Virus record (IMG/VR): IMGVR_UViG_3300017720_000059
Coordinates: 1 to 25,903 of that record
Length of the DNA: 25,903 nucleotides
Strand: one strand, 5' to 3'
DNA from: a virus
Lineage: Duplodnaviria; Caudoviricetes
Positions 23,922 to 25,903 of this stretch are shown in pieces; the stretch's first letter is position 1; each line of letters opens with the position of its first letter. Position numbers and translations under genes: made by a program. The notes below the pieces were generated by a model. It saw only the letters and a list, made by a program, of their open reading frames with translations. It searched no databases and was not told where the DNA came from.

Positions 23922-24917
23922 TTATAAATAACCTTTCAGAAGATCAACAGCATCTTTTGTGTTGCCTGACTTCTTCAAGGTTCTAATTTGAGCCAACCTT
24001 GACTTACTATCTTTTTCATCTTTTGTACTTTTAACACCTGGCTTAACAACTTTAGATGGTTTGACAATTTTTTTTGCAAAATTAGTTTTCACTGGTCTTG
24101 CAGTATTTAAAAACTTCATTCCATCCATGACCACATCAAACATTCTGCTATCATAAATACCAGAAATCTCTTGATCTGAAAAACCTCTTTGTACAAGATA
24201 GTTTCTCATGTTTGTTTTAACTGTAGCTCCTTTTAAAGGATCAGCAATTTCAGGATGCTTAATCGCAACCTTTCTTTGCTCCTCAGTTAATATTTTCTGA
24301 AACTCTTGTTCTTGATGTCTTTTTAGTTTCTGTTGAGATTGCTGTAAGCTTTCTCTCCTTCTTCTAATTTTTCTTTCAAGCTTTGCAGCTTCAGTTGGGT
24401 CTTCATCATAGAGTTTATCCAACTCTTTTGAGTTTAGTTCGCTGTTGAGTTCAGCATTAAGAGTAGCCGTAAGATTATTTAGATCATCCATCTTAGTTGA
24501 ATACTCATTTTTCAAACGATCACTTTCAGATTGCAACTGTCTTCTTTCAATCGCAATTTCTTCAGTTTTTCGTCTATAGTCGGCATCTTTTTGATAACCT
24601 GCTTTTAATTCCTCAAGGTCAACTTCAATCTTTTCACCATTTACAATAATTTGGTGTAGATCAGTTTCTTGTTCCTCTACAGCATTTGAATCTTCTGATG
24701 CTTCTTCTTGCACTGGAGCTTCCTGTTCAGGTTGAGCTTCAGGTTGTTGTTGAACCTCTTGATTATCTTCAGCTTTCGCTTCTGGTTCTTGTTGTTCAAC
24801 TGGTGCTTCTTCTTTTTGAGGTTTAGAAATTACTCCTTTAGAGTCTAATAAACCTTCAATATGTTTAGCAGCACCTTGTACCGAACTTTTGTTCAGTAAC
24901 GGATTTGTTTCTGACAT
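23922..24917 (-). CDS. Capsid scaffolding protein
   Basis: Acidic E/Q/P N-terminus, VNGEKIEVDLEELKAGYQKDADYRRKT motif, coiled coil, basic C-terminus; AGGAG RBS. Confidence 0.88.
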   Translation of the reverse strand: MSETNPLLNKSSVQGAAKHIEGLLDSKGVISKPQKEEAPVEQQEPEAKAEDNQEVQQQPEAQPEQEAPVQEEASEDSNAVEEQETDLHQIIVNGEKIEVDLEELKAGYQKDADYRRKTEEIAIERRQLQSESDRLKNEYSTKMDDLNNLTATLNAELNSELNSKELDKLYDEDPTEAAKLERKIRRRRESLQQSQQKLKRHQEQEFQKILTEEQRKVAIKHPEIADPLKGATVKTNMRNYLVQRGFSDQEISGIYDSRMFDVVMDGMKFLNTARPVKTNFAKKIVKPSKVVKPGVKSTKDEKDSKSRLAQIRTLKKSGNTKDAVDLLKGYL

Positions 24918-24932
24918 ATAGTCTCCTATGGT

Positions 24933-24957
24933 TAAGCTCCCTTAATGGGTTGGCTTA
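24933..24957 (-). promoter_or_regulatory. Stem-loop just upstream of the scaffold RBS
   Basis: UAAGC-CAA-CCC-AUUAA-GGG-A-GCUUA, ending 5 nt before AGGAG. Confidence 0.5.
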
Positions 24958-24977
24958 TTCTAATCTTTTGACTAGAA

Positions 24978-25265
24978 TTATTTTTCTTGTTGATTTTGGA
25001 AATCAGCTAATTGTTTTTCTGCTAATTTTCCTGTTTCAAGAATTTCTTTAAAATGCTGTTCTACTTTTCCTAGAACCTGGTAAGCTAACCATAATTTTTC
25101 TCTAGCTTCACCATCTTTTGCTCCAGTTTGTTCAAACAAAGCATTTGAATAAATTTTTTTAAGCTCCTGTATAGAATCTTGAAAAAGTTTATTCTGTAAT
25201 ATCTGTTTCGCCTGAGATGCTCTGCTCAATTCTTGGCTTCTCTTGGCTTTGTCCTTCTGATCCAT
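24978..25265 (-). CDS. Small helical protein between portal and scaffold
   Basis: 95 aa, A-x-QIL-x-N-x-LF...REKLW pattern; overlaps the portal 3' end by 77 nt. Confidence 0.8.
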   Translation of the reverse strand: MDQKDKAKRSQELSRASQAKQILQNKLFQDSIQELKKIYSNALFEQTGAKDGEAREKLWLAYQVLGKVEQHFKEILETGKLAEKQLADFQNQQEK

Positions 25266-25903
25266 CTATACCTTGTATCTGCTTACCTAATATATTAGCA
25301 GATTTTTGTGCTTCTTCAAGTATCTTACTATTACTTGACACAATCATCTTATCTAATTCAGCATCTGCTTTTAATTTTGTAGTATCTAGTTGTGTACCAT
25401 ATTTTAATGTCATTTCTTTGATCTTAGCTTCAAAATCTAATAACATTTGTCTTTGTTTTTGCTCTAATTCTTTATACTCTAATTCTAAATCAGCAATTTT
25501 TCTCTTGTTCTCAGCATCAATTCTAGTCATTTCTATTTTTTCAATAGGTGGAATTGGTGGAGGTGGTGGAGGAGTTACATATTGTTTACCTAAATCAGGG
25601 TTGATGAAGTAACTATCCACTGTTTTGAGTCCTGCGTTCTCTACAATTTTAGATAATGTGTTGTAAATATTTTTTAAACTTACCATTGGAAACTCTCTTT
25701 GTCCTTGTAAATTAAAAGCTTGTAACTGCTTATCTAAAATATTATTTAAAATTATAATTTGTTGTTCCTTAGTACCTGTGCCAAGACCTACTTGTATTGT
25801 AACATTAAATCTATTCTTCCATTCTGTAGGCATTACTGGAACATATTGATTATTAAGTTGTATAATTTTTTCTCTATCTTGATACTTAACTGAAAGTTCA
25901 AAC
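25189..25903 (-). CDS. Portal protein, C-terminal part (continues beyond the window)
   Basis: Frame is open to the edge (FELSVKYQDREKIIQLNNQYVPVMPTEW); VTIQVGLGTG motif, poly-Pro hinge, long coiled coil as in P22-type portal barrels. Confidence 0.85.
   Translation of the reverse strand, partial: FELSVKYQDREKIIQLNNQYVPVMPTEWKNRFNVTIQVGLGTGTKEQQIIILNNILDKQLQAFNLQGQREFPMVSLKNIYNTLSKIVENAGLKTVDSYFINPDLGKQYVTPPPPPPIPPIEKIEMTRIDAENKRKIADLELEYKELEQKQRQMLLDFEAKIKEMTLKYGTQLDTTKLKADAELDKMIVSSNSKILEEAQKSANILGKQIQGIDGSEGQSQEKPRIEQSISGETDITE

Noticed and set aside
4268-25612. Other plus-strand ORFs (4268..4519, 6398..6604, 11555..11776, 25217..25612)
   Set aside because: Antisense to well-supported minus-strand coding sequence and without recognisable motifs

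Overview
AT-rich dsDNA phage DNA with all credible genes on the minus strand, tightly packed and often coupled by ATGA/TAATG overlaps. Read right to left it is the late region of a podovirus with a P22-like gene order, most like marine Pelagibacter (SAR11) phages of the HTVC010P type; the host is inferred, not shown. The order is: portal C-terminus, scaffold, major capsid, small decoration-type proteins, head-tail adaptor, tail hub, a ~9.3 kb receptor-binding cassette, a GNAT-like gene, four ejection-type proteins, a lysis region (holin, Peptidase M15 endolysin, many membrane micro-ORFs) and very lysine-rich micro-proteins. The cassette holds a long fibre, two small adaptors, three paralogous Gly/Pro-rich proteins, a companion protein and four 2OG-Fe(II) dioxygenase-fold genes. 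Best leads: (1) this cassette may be a virion-protein hydroxylation system; (2) the largest ejection gene is split by a -1 frameshift at an A9 run; (3) a strong hairpin with an ACCACC-repeat loop closes the cassette; (4) several micro-ORFs missing from the track, including poly-Lys peptides and an amphipathic peptide before the holin. Family assignments come from motif recognition and synteny only; no searches were run.
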